DNA of 63,581 nt, the filler included, from Choristocarpus tenellus KU-1152 (Eukaryota; Protista; Phaeophyceae), in the NCBI GenBank assembly GCA_964200185.2. It is 11 parts of 11 records of this genome, joined end to end, with 100 filler letters (N's around TTAATTAATTAA, not from the genome) between each part and the next. Parts side by side here need not be neighbours in the genome. Positions count along the whole stretch, not along the records: positions 58,956 to 63,581 come from CAXNAD020013739.1; 10 more parts are not named here. One strand, written 5' to 3'. Each line of letters begins with the position of its first letter. Positions within the stretch are counted from its first letter, which is position 1. The position numbers were made by a program, and so were the translations under genes. Shown piece after piece: positions 63,091-63,581 of this stretch. The notes below the pieces were generated by a model, which was given only the letters and a program-made list of their open reading frames with translations, was not told where the DNA came from and made no database searches.

Positions 63091-63581
63091 CTCTAGATAC
63101 GGATAGTCACAAGGTTCACAACATGCTAAGGCCATGACCATGGGCAAACGTCCCTTACCAATGTGATAAACATCTGCAAGCAGTCCATCCAACCGTCATG
63201 GTTACGGAGGCAACTAGATAGTATGTTTGAGGAGATGACATTGAAAGGTCTGGTGGAGTGTAAGTATGAAACTGGTCAGGTACATGCAAGAGGTCATTTT
63301 ACTGTGTAATGTGAGGACTGTGTATTTAGTTTGTCAAGATTATGCTTGACCATTTGTGAGAATATGATTTGAAGTATTATTTTATGTACGCACAGAAGAT
63401 AATGCGGGACATTCGGGATATTTAGGCGGGGTATTTGACCAGAAGTAATCGGCGGACTATTAGAGTCGGAGTGTTTCTGACGTGTACTAGAGATATGTAG
63501 AGTCATTTGGTATTCTGAGTCATTAAGTGTAAGGACTGGTGAGCCCCACCTAGTGAAGGTATCTCACTCTCTTCTCAACTG

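Noticed and set aside
1-63581. Fanzor/TnpB, Polinton or giant-virus insertion, or a prokaryotic-type operon
   Set aside because: There are no long intronless ORF clusters and no RuvC/zinc-finger, pPolB or capsid motifs were seen. The IS630/Tc1-like fragment at 29325-29700 has no visible accessory ORF, though it is cut by a contig end.

Overview
Eukaryotic, intron-rich DNA, inferred to be a photosynthetic stramenopile and most likely a brown alga. The evidence is ASA-F-type bipartite plastid presequences, brown-alga-style RTE LINE remnants and interstitial TTAGGG repeats. The window is not one continuous molecule: ten artificial 100-nt linkers (44 N + TTAATTAATTAA + 44 N) join 11 contigs, so adjacency across linkers is unproven. 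Spliced gene models built by eye from GT-AG boundaries and exon phase are: a plastid ABC1/UbiB kinase, a plastid-targeted acidic S1-domain protein, importin-alpha, the 3' half of a ferric reductase (FRO/NOX family), a NOC4-like gene head-to-head with a PRMT10-like methyltransferase, and an unknown four-exon gene. All are partial. There is also an intact tRNA-Val(CAC) and a tRNA-Ala(AGC) 3' half. The rest is a transposon graveyard (RTE, CRE-like, copia, gypsy, MULE, IS630/Tc1-like, hAT), several palindromic minisatellites, and two abundant MITE-like families that share a CAAAGTATCT terminus. I found no CRISPR array, Fanzor/TnpB or viral insertion, and I cannot claim a clearly new biological system. 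The best leads are the paired MITE families, mosaic CpG depletion, frequent AAG splice acceptors and the PRMT10 N-terminal extension.
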